A DNA stretch of 64,000 nt from Eledone cirrhosa (lineage: Eukaryota): NCBI GenBank assembly GCA_964016885.1, contig CAXHJY010001630.1, positions 1 through 64,000 of the forward strand, in the 5' to 3' direction. Both the position numbers and the translations under genes were made by a program. Each line of letters starts with the position of its first letter. Positions within the stretch are counted from its first letter, which is position 1. Below, piece after piece: positions 1-11,589 of this stretch. The notes below the pieces were generated by a model. It did not search any database. It saw nothing but the letters and a program-made list of their open reading frames with translations, and had not been told where the DNA came from.

Positions 1-909
1 TGATAGCTCTCTGAACTGTTTCTATCTTCTTATTCTAGATGTTATGTCATACTAGTCATTTATTGAACATTCCGTGAGGTTCACTATCTTGAAATCTAAC
101 CTCTTCACACCCTTCTTCATGGCTTTTGGTCTTTCTCTTCCATGACTGCCCTCCCACCTACAGTGCACAACATCTTTTCACCCAGAGCTCATTATCCATC
201 CCCAAAACATGTCCATACAACTAAACTTGTTTAATTTACACATTCAGCTGGTACCTTTCACCAAACTGCCTGAAACCTCCCTAGTTTTGGAATACAAAAC
301 TGCCCATTATAAAATAGTTGTACTTAATATTGAAACCTTCCATTGTAATTTTATTTAAGAAATTTTTAATAAGTAATGTTTCAAACACTAGCTTACTAAT
401 GAAAAGGTTAACTATCAATAAAATTCTTCAAATTTTCAAAATCAATTGCAACACATGAGCAATGTATTTCATTAGCAATACAATAACAAAAGGGTTAATG
501 TGTAGCCACTCTCTCAGTTCACTTTCAGTTTTTCATATAAGTGAACATAACATATCTAATAAAACTTCCCTGTTGATCAACATTACACAACAACCTCCCT
601 AGTGCTGGTGCCATGATAAAATGTCCCCAGTACACTCTGTAATGTGGTTGGTGGAAGGAAGCGTATTCAGTTGTAGAAAACGCGCCAAACAAAGGATTGA
701 GAGGACTCTTCAGTTGTGTCAAGGATATGACAATTTCCCTAGTGCTGGTGCAATGAAAAGAAGTCCCTTGTACACTCTGTAGAGTTCAGGAATGTATGTA
801 TTTAAGATGTACCCCCTGGCCTGTCTGAGAGATCAGTGGCTCTGGCTAAAGGCTGACATAGCCTGTGACAACCTGTCTAACCCTTGCTAGCAAGGAAAAT
901 AGACATTAA

Positions 910-1087
910 CCCTTTAACATTTAATTCTCTCACCTCTTTCTGTTCAAACCAGCTGTAACTAACCACTCATAAGGTATTGTTCTCAACATAAATAATATCA
1001 AAATCTCATAGATTCGATATTATGTGAGATAAAGGCTTTACCATGAAAATATAATAGTAAATATAGCGTTTTGTAAATTCTAAAGAG
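910..1087. mobile_element. piggyBac-type MITE family A, degraded copy
   Basis: TTAA|CCCTTTAACATTT...TAAAGAG|TTAA; similar to 6967-7183 and 48266-48498. Confidence 0.65.
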
Positions 1088-1329
1088 TTAAATGATTATT
1101 ATTATTACCATTATTATTATTACGAGCAGAAAAACTACCCTTCGGGTGGTTTTCTGCTAGCATGTGTATATTGATATTATACGCAGGTATATATACATGT
1201 AGATATGATACATCAAATAAAATTGTAATTGACAATATACACAGAAATTGAACGAAGACTGCGTTACACTGTCTTATGTAATCAGTAACGTAATCCATGA
1301 TACATTAAAAGAGACGATATTATATATAA

Positions 1330-2734
1330 GAAGCACAGCCTAGAATCAAAAGGCCTTAAAATTAACCTGGCTAAGACAAAAGTTCTAGTTTGTAGGAAAG
1401 AAAATATGGCGGCAGTCCCATCTGGGAAATGGTCATGCTCAGTGTGTAGGAAAGGCGTAGGTAGAAACTCCATTTTATGTCCCAAATGCAAAGTATGGGT
1501 GCATAAAAGATGTAGTGGGATCACAGGTAAGCTAACTAAGAACATAGATTTTACATGTGGCCGGTGCTCTGGTGCAATAAGTAGCAGCAAGTGCCCACAA
1601 AATACTAGCTCCTTCAACTGCGCAGAGGGTTCTATAGAAATAGTGGACAGCTTCCGTTACCTGGGTGACAAAATCAGCAGTGGGGGAGGGTGCTCTGAAA
1701 GTACAGTAGCTAGAGTCAGAACTGGATGGAAAAAGTTCAGAGAGCTTATACCACTATTAGCCGCTAGAGGGTTCTCCCTAAAAATGAAAGGCAGGTTATA
1801 CGATGCCTGCATACGAACAGCAATGCTGCATGGCAGTGAGACCTGGGCATTGTGTGCAGAGGATATACGCAGACTAGAGAGGAACGAAGCTTGCATGCTC
1901 CGCTGGATGTGCAATAGTAATATACGTGAACGGCAAAGCATAAACGAACTAAGGAAAAAATTAGAAATAAGAGGGATCAGATGTTGTTTACTCGAGAGAA
2001 GGCTACGTTGGTACGGTCACGTGATGCGCATGAAAGACGACAGCTGTATAACAAAGTGCAGGGCAATAAAGATAGACGGTAGCCACGGAGTAGGCAGACC
2101 CAGAAAAACATGGGACGAGCTGATAAATTCCGACCTCACACGCTTACACCTCTCCAAGACAATGTCACTGGACCGAGACCTTTGGCGGTACTCAGTAATA
2201 GAGAAGACCCGCCTTACCTAAATACAAAGTAAAAACCTACTACAGTCAGTAGGCATCTCTATCAAAACACCCCCCCCCCCGTCCCACCACCTCCACCCCA
2301 TCCACACCGCCCCTTTCAATGTACAGTTATGTTGGTCCCACAACATCCAGGCCGAAACAAATGAGATCGTGTAGGTGTCACGACAAAAAAACACACAGTC
2401 CACGCTGTAAATGTGGCCGTGTAGGCAACACGGTAAAAACCTCCCAGCCCCACACTGTAAATGTGGTTGGTGTTAGGAAGGGCATCCAGCTGTAGAAAAC
2501 CCGCCAGACAGTCCACGCTGTAATGTGGCCGTGTAGGCAACACGGTAAAAACCTCCCAGCCCCACACTGTAAATGTGGTTGGTGTTAGGAAGGGCATCCA
2601 ACTGTAGAAAACCCGCCAGACAGTCCTATGCGAGCAAGACAACCACTCTTGCCTCAAGTGGGAAAACCCCCGTCCAAACCCATGCAAGCGTGGAACACGG
2701 ACTCTAAACCTGATGATGATGATGATGATGATGA
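1330..2734 (+). mobile_element. 5'-truncated RTE-clade LINE (ORF 1406-2221), (TGA)n tail
   Basis: FRYLG, AMLHGSETW, RRLRWYGHV and GRPRKTW motifs; ~115-bp tandem duplication in the 3' UTR; (TGA)n end. Confidence 0.93.
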
Positions 2735-3091
2735 AACTGCATTAGGAGAAAATTAGTGACAGAAAATTAGTATGTTTATTTAAGCGATCGCCACCGGAAG
2801 TGTTGACATTTGAAAATTTTAAAGAAGTGAATCTTTAAATAAATAATAAAATATATTTAATGAACAGCCACAAAATTTAGTAGATAAATTATGTAATATT
2901 CATTCATTATTTAATCAAAGTAATCCAACTTATTTTACAAATGGGATAAAAAAAATATATTCTGGACACAGTCCCGTGCTCCTTACTTTATTATAGTTTA
3001 GATGAGTTTAAAAAAAAAAGAGTTAATAAATAAATAAAACGTTATACTTGTTTTACTCTCCCATTTCCAATTAAACCGAACGCTATCATGA

Positions 3092-3340
3092 CTGTATGTG
3101 TGTGTTTGTGTAAATGTATATGTGTGAATGTATGTATGTTTGTGTGAAAGTATATGTGTGAATGTATGTATATTTGTGTGAAAGTATGTATGTTTGTGTG
3201 AAAGTGTGTGTGAATGTATGTATATTTGTGTGAATGTATGTGTATTTGTGTGAAAGTATGTGTCAATGCATGTGTATTTGTGTGAAAGTGTGTGTGAATG
3301 TATGTATATTTGTGTGAATGTATGTGTATTTGTGTGAATT
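3092..3340. repeat. ~20-bp minisatellite (tgtgtgaatgtatgtatatt)
   Basis: Visible tandem units. Confidence 0.8.
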
Positions 3341-3656
3341 ATGTCCGTGAGAGTGTATTTTTATAAGTTTGTGTTTGCGCGATTATAGTTATATACTCAT
3401 AATAGTTATATACTCATACATATAGATGTATGTATGTGCACAATCATACGCGCCAGGTGTAGAAAATCATAACCTCTCTATCTCTCTCATCACAAACTCT
3501 CTCTTTCTATATATATGGTAGTTGAAGTGGTGGTGGTGGTGGTGGCGATATACCGGAAGTGCAACTTTGAAAAGAAGTCAATTTTAAATTATTTATTTTT
3601 ACGAAATTATTTTTGTTTACGAAATTGAATAGATAAATTATGTAATATTCATTCAT

Positions 3657-3846
3657 TGGTGGATTGGCAGTATCTGTAGAGAGTTGGACACCATGCTTTG
3701 AAGCATAGAGTTACGTCCCTTTATGATCTGAGTTCAAATCCCGCCGAGGTTAACTTTGCCTTTCATCCTTACGGGGTCGATAAAATAAAGTACCAGTAAT
3801 GTACTGGGTAATTGCTGGCCTTGTGCCTAAAATAGAAACAATTATT
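3657..3846 (+). mobile_element. tRNA-derived SINE, family 1
   Basis: B-box GAGTTCAAATCCC and core gcctttcatcc...gtcgataaaataaagtaccag; more than 15 copies in the window. Confidence 0.75.
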
Positions 3847-3964
3847 TATTCAAAGTAACCCAACTTATTTTACAAATGGGATAAAAAATTAAAAAACTGT
3901 ACGCAAACCTGCAGACTTTCCTTTATTATAGTTTAGATTATTAACAATAAAATCATAAATTTAC

Positions 3965-4144
3965 CTGAAGTATTAAGGGTTCTAAAGACGAAAATTTGTT
4001 TTCAACTCTTTGATAATCAATAGAACCTTTCAACAGAAGAATCTTTGGCATTGAAACAGTTGACTGCATTTTCTTGTGAGCCACATTTTTACTACAGACA
4101 ACCCCATGAATGACAGCAGTCTGACTTCTCTGGCCTCCAGAAAT
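3965..4144 (-). CDS. PIKFYVE: PIKfyve exon 14, CCT-like domain (ISGG...GVVCSKNVAHKKM...PKILLL...YQRVENKFSSLEPLILQ)
   Basis: Manual translation; Fab1 KNVAHKKM motif; TAG acceptor, GTAAA donor, 180 nt. The gene continues beyond the window start. Confidence 0.96.
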
Positions 4145-4349
4145 CTAAAAATATATTCAAAAAATTATAGGCCACATAAACATATATATGTGTGTATGTG
4201 TAGTGTATGGATGTATGTATGAAGTGTATGTGTGTGGTGTATGTACGATGTGTGTGTAAGTATGTATGTGTGGTGTTTGTATGATGTGTGTGTATACACC
4301 AATACATATGTATATATAGTAGGTAGGTTTAGGTTGATAGGCAGATAGA

Positions 4350-4562
4350 TAGCAACAATCTTGACAATGTAGATTAGATGACAACACTTATGTTGACAAT
4401 GTACATCAGATGACAACACTGTCTAATGTAGACACATGACAACAGTGTTGACAATGTACATCAGATGACAACACTGCCTAATGTAGACAGATGACATCAG
4501 TGTTGACAATGTAGGTCAGCATTTAATAATATGGGCCAGATGACAACATTTGACAATGTAAG
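4350..4562. repeat. ~29-bp minisatellite (tgttgacaatgtacatcagatgacaacac)
   Basis: About 7 diverged tandem units. Confidence 0.8.
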
Positions 4563-4715
4563 TCAAAGAATATGAACACATTTTTGCCAGCGATGCTACA
4601 AGATATCTGAATATCCTTGAGTGTTGAATCTAATATATATCAGATTTTCCATCTGGACCTACACTAAGAATAATATTAGTCATTGTTGTTACAGTGTGGA
4701 AGTCAGACCTTTGTA

Positions 4716-5172
4716 AAGACCTGATGATCCATCTCTTCGTCGCTGCAGTGGTGTCTGTGCTGCTGTACAGGTTTGAGAACTGGACACTGACCAAGACACT
4801 CACTTAGATGGTGGATGGGTGCTACACAAGGATGCTGAGTATGGCTCTGAACATTAATCAGTATGCACTGAGAATGAAGAACTCAGAGGTATAAGGGAGC
4901 CTCCCAAAAGTCAGCTTGAATGTGACATAGAGGAGACTGAGGTTAGCTGGACATGTTCACTGACATTCAGCGTTACACTGCACTCAGTGGTCCTGTGGGA
5001 GCCCCTACATGGTCACACTGGAAGTGACCTAGGATTACATATGTTGATGCCCTAAGGACAGACACTGGTCTCGGGGAGATGTGGGACATAGCGACGATGA
5101 TGAAGGACAGAGATCGCTGGAGAGAACTCAACCATGGATCTCGGGAATTTTAACTGCCCTAGATAGATAGAT
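4716..5172 (+). mobile_element. Degraded RTE-like LINE 3' fragment with (AGAT)n tail
   Basis: Remnants WTLTK, RRLRLAGH, VLWEP and DRDRWR with stops. Confidence 0.7.
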
Positions 5173-6040
5173 TGTTGTTATTTAGCTCCTGGTTAGTTTT
5201 GATCAAAGCTATTCAAGTTGTCATGAACTAACCTCTTATTTTTCTATAAGTTTGCATATAGAAATACATCAGTTGTCTTCCCTTTTTAAGACAATAAGGT
5301 CTGATCTCAGGGAGATAAGATTGTTGTTTATAACTGATTTATATTTCAAGCGTATAATTGAAATATTGTAAATAACATAATTTCTTGTATTAATGATTTC
5401 TTATTTAGGTAAAAGGCCAGCAATATGGGAGAGGGGAAAGTGGATTGAATCAACTCCAGTATTATACGGGTATTTTATTTTATTGGCCCCAGAATGATAA
5501 AAGGCAAAGTTATCCTCAGTCAGATTTGAACTGAGAACACATACTGCTAAGCCACAGCCTGGCCTTTTTTGTATTAATAATAGAAATCAAGGAGCTTTTC
5601 TCTTTCTTTTTTCAAATTCGTGCAGAAATTAAAAATAATTTTAATTTTTTTGATAGCTGAGGTTCCAGAAAACAAAGAAATTCTGTCATATATAAGATAT
5701 TAAAAGAGTCAAATATTTTGTGAGAACACTTAATTGTTATCATACATAAAACACTATGAATGTCATGTGTATGGTGATAATGACACTCTTGTATGGATGC
5801 TGTTTGTATTTGGCTTGGAATAGATACACTAAAACCTTGCATGTCGTAAGAGATAACTAAATGGGTTGGCACTGGGAAGGGTATCTAGTCATAAAACATT
5901 GCTTCAAAGGAACCCAACAGTAAGTATGCAGTCATTCACAGAGCACAAAAACCTATCTCCTGCTTTGGAAAGAGAAATTAGCCTTAGAACACTTACTGTG
6001 GCATATACAAGATATTTGTAAGCTAAATAAAAATAGCTAC

Positions 6041-6221
6041 CTTTTTTATTTGTACATATTTCCGAATATCCATGTCATCTCCTTCATTACGTACATCAGG
6101 ACTTACAAACTGGCTAATCTTATGAGCTGTTTGCATGATGGTGCTTTCCCAGGAAAGTGGTAAACCTTCTTGATTGAGTAACTGACGTACCAAGTTTGAT
6201 AGATGTTCCTTATGAACCTTC
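6041..6221 (-). CDS. PIKFYVE: PIKfyve exon 13, start of CCT/TCP-1-like domain (...PDVRNEGDDMDIRKYVQIKK)
   Basis: Fab1 hallmark PDV...DDMDIR.YV.IKK; phase 2/0. Confidence 0.96.
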
Positions 6222-6548
6222 CTGAACAAAACAACAAAACCAGTTTATCAGTATAGTCCTACGAACATTAGTTCATGCATCAATGCACATACACACACAC
6301 CCACACACATACATATTGAGACACTCACAGCATATTTGAGATTAAATTTGTAAACAGTTACAACCACAAGTTTAACTCTTAACATCTTGTACCACACAAA
6401 ATTGCATTAGCAAGACATTCTTGAAAAATTTGAAATGGCAGTATGATTGTATCGCATTAAAGATTAAAGTATTTATTTTATTTCACAGTAAATTTTCAGA
6501 AAATTCTGTCCACTAATAAAGGGAGAGAATATATATATATATACAAAC

Positions 6549-6666
6549 CGTAGTCTGTCATATGCCAAATACTCTCCATTTTCCCGAAGGTCCTCAGTGG
6601 ATCGCCAGCCTTTGGCACACATAATAGGTTCTACAGTATTTCCAGATTTAGACACCAATAATGTAC
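6549..6666 (-). CDS. PIKFYVE: PIKfyve exon 12 (...KGWRSTEDLRENGEYLAYDRL)
   Basis: Matches the PIKfyve GW...LRE.NGE..A..RL motif; phase 1/2. Confidence 0.9.
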
Positions 6667-6966
6667 CTAATAAACAAAATATCACATTTGATGGGTTGAT
6701 ATATTTTCAAAATGATTTTAATATCATTTGATAAATAATTGAAATAATGAATATATTTTCAAAAAATTAATAATTAACAAGAAGATATAAAAAAGAGAAG
6801 AAAGAAAGAGGGAATTTTTTTTTAAAGGGATGGGAGAAACTCGACAACCTTGGTTGAATGGTAAATCCTGGCTTCACTCTGTAACCAGGGTGGAGAAAGC
6901 ATTGCCACAGTTAACAGCCAGTAACACCCGCTGAATCAGCCATCCCACCTCATAGGGCTTTTTTAA

Positions 6967-7183
6967 CCCTTTAGCATTTAAACCTGCCGTATCTGGCCAG
7001 AATTCTCTCACCTCTTTCTGTTCAAACTAGCCATGCCACTGATACTGACATTAAGTTATTGTTCTCAGAATAAATAACATCAACATCTTATAGATTTGAT
7101 ATTATGTGAGATAATTATGTAAAATAAAGCCTTTGCCAGAAAAAATACAATAGTATATGTAGAGTAATGTAAATGTTAAAGGG
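6967..7183. mobile_element. piggyBac-type MITE family A
   Basis: TTAA target site on both sides; terminal inverted repeats CCCTTTAGCATTTA...TAAATGTTAAAGGG. Confidence 0.8.
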
Positions 7184-7709
7184 TTAAAGGTATAATTCAA
7201 GAGAAAATTATTTTAAATATATAAAGATAATAAAATCTGTTGACAGGGTCATCAAGAAACAATGACTTTATTTACAAAACCTCATCTAAGTTGCCACTGC
7301 ATCTATAAATCAGCTAGCAACTTAAAATCCCCCAGTTTCCATAACAGGCTGCTTTAGGAGAAAGTTTCTAGACAGTTATATGACCTCCTAGAAATAGCAG
7401 CCAAACCATTTTCATATCATACTCCACTACTTTAAAAAACATAGGAACATTTATAATGTATTGCAAGGTACACTATCACTGAAACAAATATAGGATGATC
7501 ACAGCTGGAAGTCCTTTGATTATAGATCTGATTAATCAGAGTTGATCCTGGCTAAACAACAACTATCCAGTTATATCATTCAACTCCCTTCACATCAGGA
7601 TGTGATTGGATATTTAATAACCAGAATGAGGGAATGTTAACAACTATAACAATAAAATAAATACCATAATAAAAATACTTTTAAGAAAAGAATATTCTTA
7701 ATTACATAC

Positions 7710-7784
7710 CAGTAAGAAAATCATCTGGCAATTCTTGGCGACATTTCGGTAAAGCATCAAATTCATTTAAATCAGATGATAAGG
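7710..7784 (-). CDS. PIKFYVE: PIKfyve exon 11 (SLSSDLNEFDALPKCRQELPDDFLT)
   Basis: AAG acceptor, GTATGT donor, 75 nt, phase 1/1, open frame. Confidence 0.65.
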
Positions 7785-8343
7785 CTTTAAAAATGAGACA
7801 AAATGTTTAAAATACAGTAAAGATCTCTAACAAAATATGTCTATTTTTTATGTGGTAAATCTGGAAAAAAAAAACTCTTTTGGAATTCTTGTGAGAGGAT
7901 CGTTCTGAATTGGATAGATATTAGAAGGGAGTAAATATTAACTTTTAATATTCTGTACCACATGAAATTGCATTAGCAAGACATTCTTGAAAAGTACAAA
8001 ATAGCACTGCACAATGACTGCATCAATCAATGGAGTTCCTGAAACTCTGGCAATAATCTGTTCTTTGGTGAGATACTATAAACATTTGAATTCACAAACT
8101 TATTTTTTTAGATCTTTTCTGCTAAGTCATTACGGGATGTTAAGAGATGAAGAGTGACAGTTGGACAAATTGTTTGTGTTAGTATCTAAAGAAAGAAGCA
8201 AGAAATACAGTAAGAATGACTGAAGATTAACATGAATGCAAGATATTTTCACAATTTTTTCCATTCTGGGATGCTACATGCTGTGACATTCCCTGCATCC
8301 AACCTTGTTGCTTTTGCCACAAACCTGGTTACTGCCACCCATA

Positions 8344-9435
8344 ATGGGTACATAAAAGATGTAGTGGAATAACAAGCAGGCTACCAAAGAATGTAGGTTT
8401 TATATTTGGAATGTGCAGGTGCAGTAAGTAGCAAGTGCCCACAGGATATTAGCTCTTTCAAATGCCCAGATGGTTCTATAGAAATAGTCAACAGTTTCTG
8501 TTACCTGGGTGATGAAATCAGCAGTGGAGGAGGATGTTCCAAAAGTACAGTAGTCAGAGTAAGAACAGGATGGAGAGAGTTCAGAGAGCTACTACCGCTG
8601 TTAGCTACAAAAGGTTTTTCCCTTAAAATGAGGGTAGATTGTACGATGCATGTATATGAACAGCAATGTTACATGGTAGTGTGACCTGGGCACTGTGTGC
8701 AGAGGACCCCCCCGTAAAGACTGGCAAGAAATGAAGCATGCAGGCTCCGATGGGTGTGTAATAGTAATATACACAAACGGCAAAGTGTAAATGAACTGGG
8801 AGAGAAATTAGGCATGAGAGGGATCAGATGCAGTATGCTAGAGAGGACAATGCATTGGTATGGTTATGTGATGCGTATGAAGGATGCCAGCTGTATAAAA
8901 GGGTGCAGGGTGATCAAAGTTGATGGAAGCTATGAAGTAGGAAGAACCAGGAAGACCTGGGATGAGGTGATAAAAGCTGACCTTGAGCAATTGCACCTCA
9001 CAAAGACAATGAGACAAGATCGAGATCTTTGGCGTTATGCAGTAATACAGAAGACACGCCTTCCCATGTGCACGGACTCAAACATACATCTAGTAGGCAC
9101 CTCTTAACCACTATACCCCCTTCTATAAACCTCCCACACACCCAATTCTGTCCACACCACCCTTACACTGTAAAGTTATGTTGGTATCACATTAAAAGAG
9201 CATCCAGCCAACACTGTAGAGTGGTTATGTAGGTGTCATGACAAAAAGCACCCAGCCCACACTGTAAAGTGGTCATGTAGGTGTCATGACAAAAAGCATC
9301 CAGCTGTAGAAACCTAGCCAGAAACAGTTTTATATACGCAAGACATAGTCAACTGACCCAACTTGCCTCAAATGGGACAACCAGTCTAACCCATACTACC
9401 GTGGTAAATACGTGTTAAACGATGATTATGATGAT
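8344..9435 (+). mobile_element. Degraded 5'-truncated RTE LINE
   Basis: Frameshifted RT C-terminal ORFs 8406-8684 and 8754-9107; (TGA)n tail. Confidence 0.88.
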
Positions 9436-9446
9436 ATATATATATA

Positions 9447-10290
9447 TCATCATCATCATCATCGTTTAACGTCCGTGTTCCATGCTTGCATGGGTTTGGA
9501 CGGAGGGTTTTCCCACTTGAGGCAAGAGTGGTTATCTTGCTCGCATAGGACTATCTGGTGGGTTTTCTACAGCTGGATGCCCTTCCTAACACCAACCACA
9601 TTTACAGTGTGGGGCTGGGAGGTTTTTACCGTGTTGCCTACACGGCCACATTACAGCGTGAACTGTGTGTTTTTTTGACGTGACACCTACACGATCTCAT
9701 TTGTTTCGGCCTGGATGTTGTGGCACCAACATAACTTTACATTGAAAGGGGCGGTGTGGATAGGGTGGGGGTGGTGGGACGGGGGTGTATTTTGTTAGAG
9801 ATGCCTACTGACTGTAGTAGGTTTTACTTTGTATTTAGGTAAGGCGGGTCTTCTCTATTACTGAGTACCGCCAAAGGTCTCGGTCCAGTGACATTGTCTT
9901 GGTGAGGTGTAAGTGTGTGAGGTCGGAATTTATCAGCTCGTCCCAGGTTTTTCTGGGTCTGCCTAATTCCGTGGCTACCATCTATCTTTATTGCCCTGCA
10001 CTTTGTTATCCAGCTATCGTCCTTCATGCGCATCACGTGACCATACCAACGTAGCCTTCTCTCGAGTAAACAACATCTGATCCCTCTTATTTCTAATTTT
10101 TTCCTTAGTTCGTTTATGCTTTGCCGTTCACGTATATTACTATTACACATCCAGCGGAGCATGCAAGCTTCGTTTCTCTCTAGTCTGCGTATATCCTCTG
10201 CACACAATGCCCAGGTCTCACTGCCGTGCAACATTGCTGTTCGTATGCAGGCATCGTACAACCTGCCTTTCATTTTTAGGGAGAACCCTA
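9447..10290 (-). mobile_element. 5'-truncated RTE LINE, tail-to-tail with 8344-9435
   Basis: ORF 9824-10273 nearly identical to 1406-2221; (TCA)n on the + strand. Confidence 0.92.
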
Positions 10291-10516
10291 ATATATGTAA
10301 ATGTGTAAATGTGTGTAAATTTTAAAGAGTTTTTGAGATATATATATATATATAATAACTAGAAATTGATGAACATATAAATAAACATGAATAATCACAG
10401 GAGATAATCTTTACAAGTGTGTAAGCACACATAGCTAGGTAGATAACTAAATAAAGTTAACCAGAACTTCAAAAATAGATACCTGATAATATGATTAATC
10501 TTCCCTGCATATATTC

Positions 10517-11118
10517 TTTACAAAAAATGATTTATTGCACACTTTGTACATAAAATAAATATCATTGTTGATAAAACGCTGGATGAGTTGTGATAAATTT
10601 TTTGGGTTTTTATCTAACTATGCTTGCAAGGCAGGTCAGAAGGAGATACAATTCAGCAATACAGAAGAATTTTAAACACAGAAGAATTTTAAAAGTTGTT
10701 CTTAGTCGGGGTCACCAATAAAGTGAAATGATATATCGTCCAGGTGTGTGAATGACATCTCATCTCTCTAAGATTATTAATTAAAACAGAAGGGCTTTAA
10801 CGATAACAAGGCTAATCTTTTATTAAATGATTCATTTAACAAAACACAACATAATAATTACATTCATAGGACATACCCTGCAAGCTAAACGGCAATGGCT
10901 TAATTCTTACATTCAAGAAGAGATATGAAAATCTCTTGGTCAAAAACAGGCGTTTTTACAAAGTACGTCCACGTGGCAGGACAAAGGCGACTGGAATTGA
11001 AAACCAAATCTCTTTTAGAGAATGCCGAGATAAGGGAAGTAATTCGCTATTTTTGTGTTACCCACAGATGGCGACACTGCGTTGCTATAGTCAACACACT
11101 GTCGCCATAGTTACTACA
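10517..11118 (-). repeat. 3' LTR with extra primer-binding site and leader duplication
   Basis: Starts TGTAGTAAC after purine-rich GGAGGTGAT; near-identical to the 5' LTR plus a copy of 17729-17891. Confidence 0.85.
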
Positions 11119-11589
11119 ATCACCTCCGACCAGATTTTTAATAAAAATCGTAAAACAAACGATAGCATGGAGGAACTAGAAGTTGTAAATTGGTGCAAAA
11201 AAAATTCCTGTAATATATAACAATGACGCCAAAGCCTTACAAGGTACTCTTTACAAGTTGTTGAAACTGGTTTCAAAACGAACAATATAGAGGTGAAATA
11301 GGTTAATGCATGCAAGCATTACACAAAAAATATACAACAAATGCAATAATTATACACATGCAGCAATAAATGCAAAATGCATTAAAAATACCATTCGCAG
11401 TAAGGGTCCCAAATGCGATAAAAAAAAAACGATAGGCATTGAAAATGCCATAGGCAGTAAGGTTACAAAATGCAATGAAAAATTATAATATGCCTTAAAA
11501 ATACCAAAGGCAGTCAGGGTACAAAATGCAACAACAAATTCAATATACAGTAAAAATAACTGCAAGAAAAAAGAATACAATTCAGAAGT

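Larger units (their letters stand above)
1123..3937 (-). mobile_element. Probable non-autonomous Helitron with two 5' ends, interrupted by an RTE and a SINE
   Basis: A|TCTAAACTATAATAAAG 5' ends at 3002 and 3937; 3' hairpin followed by CTCG|T at 1123-1160. Confidence 0.5.
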
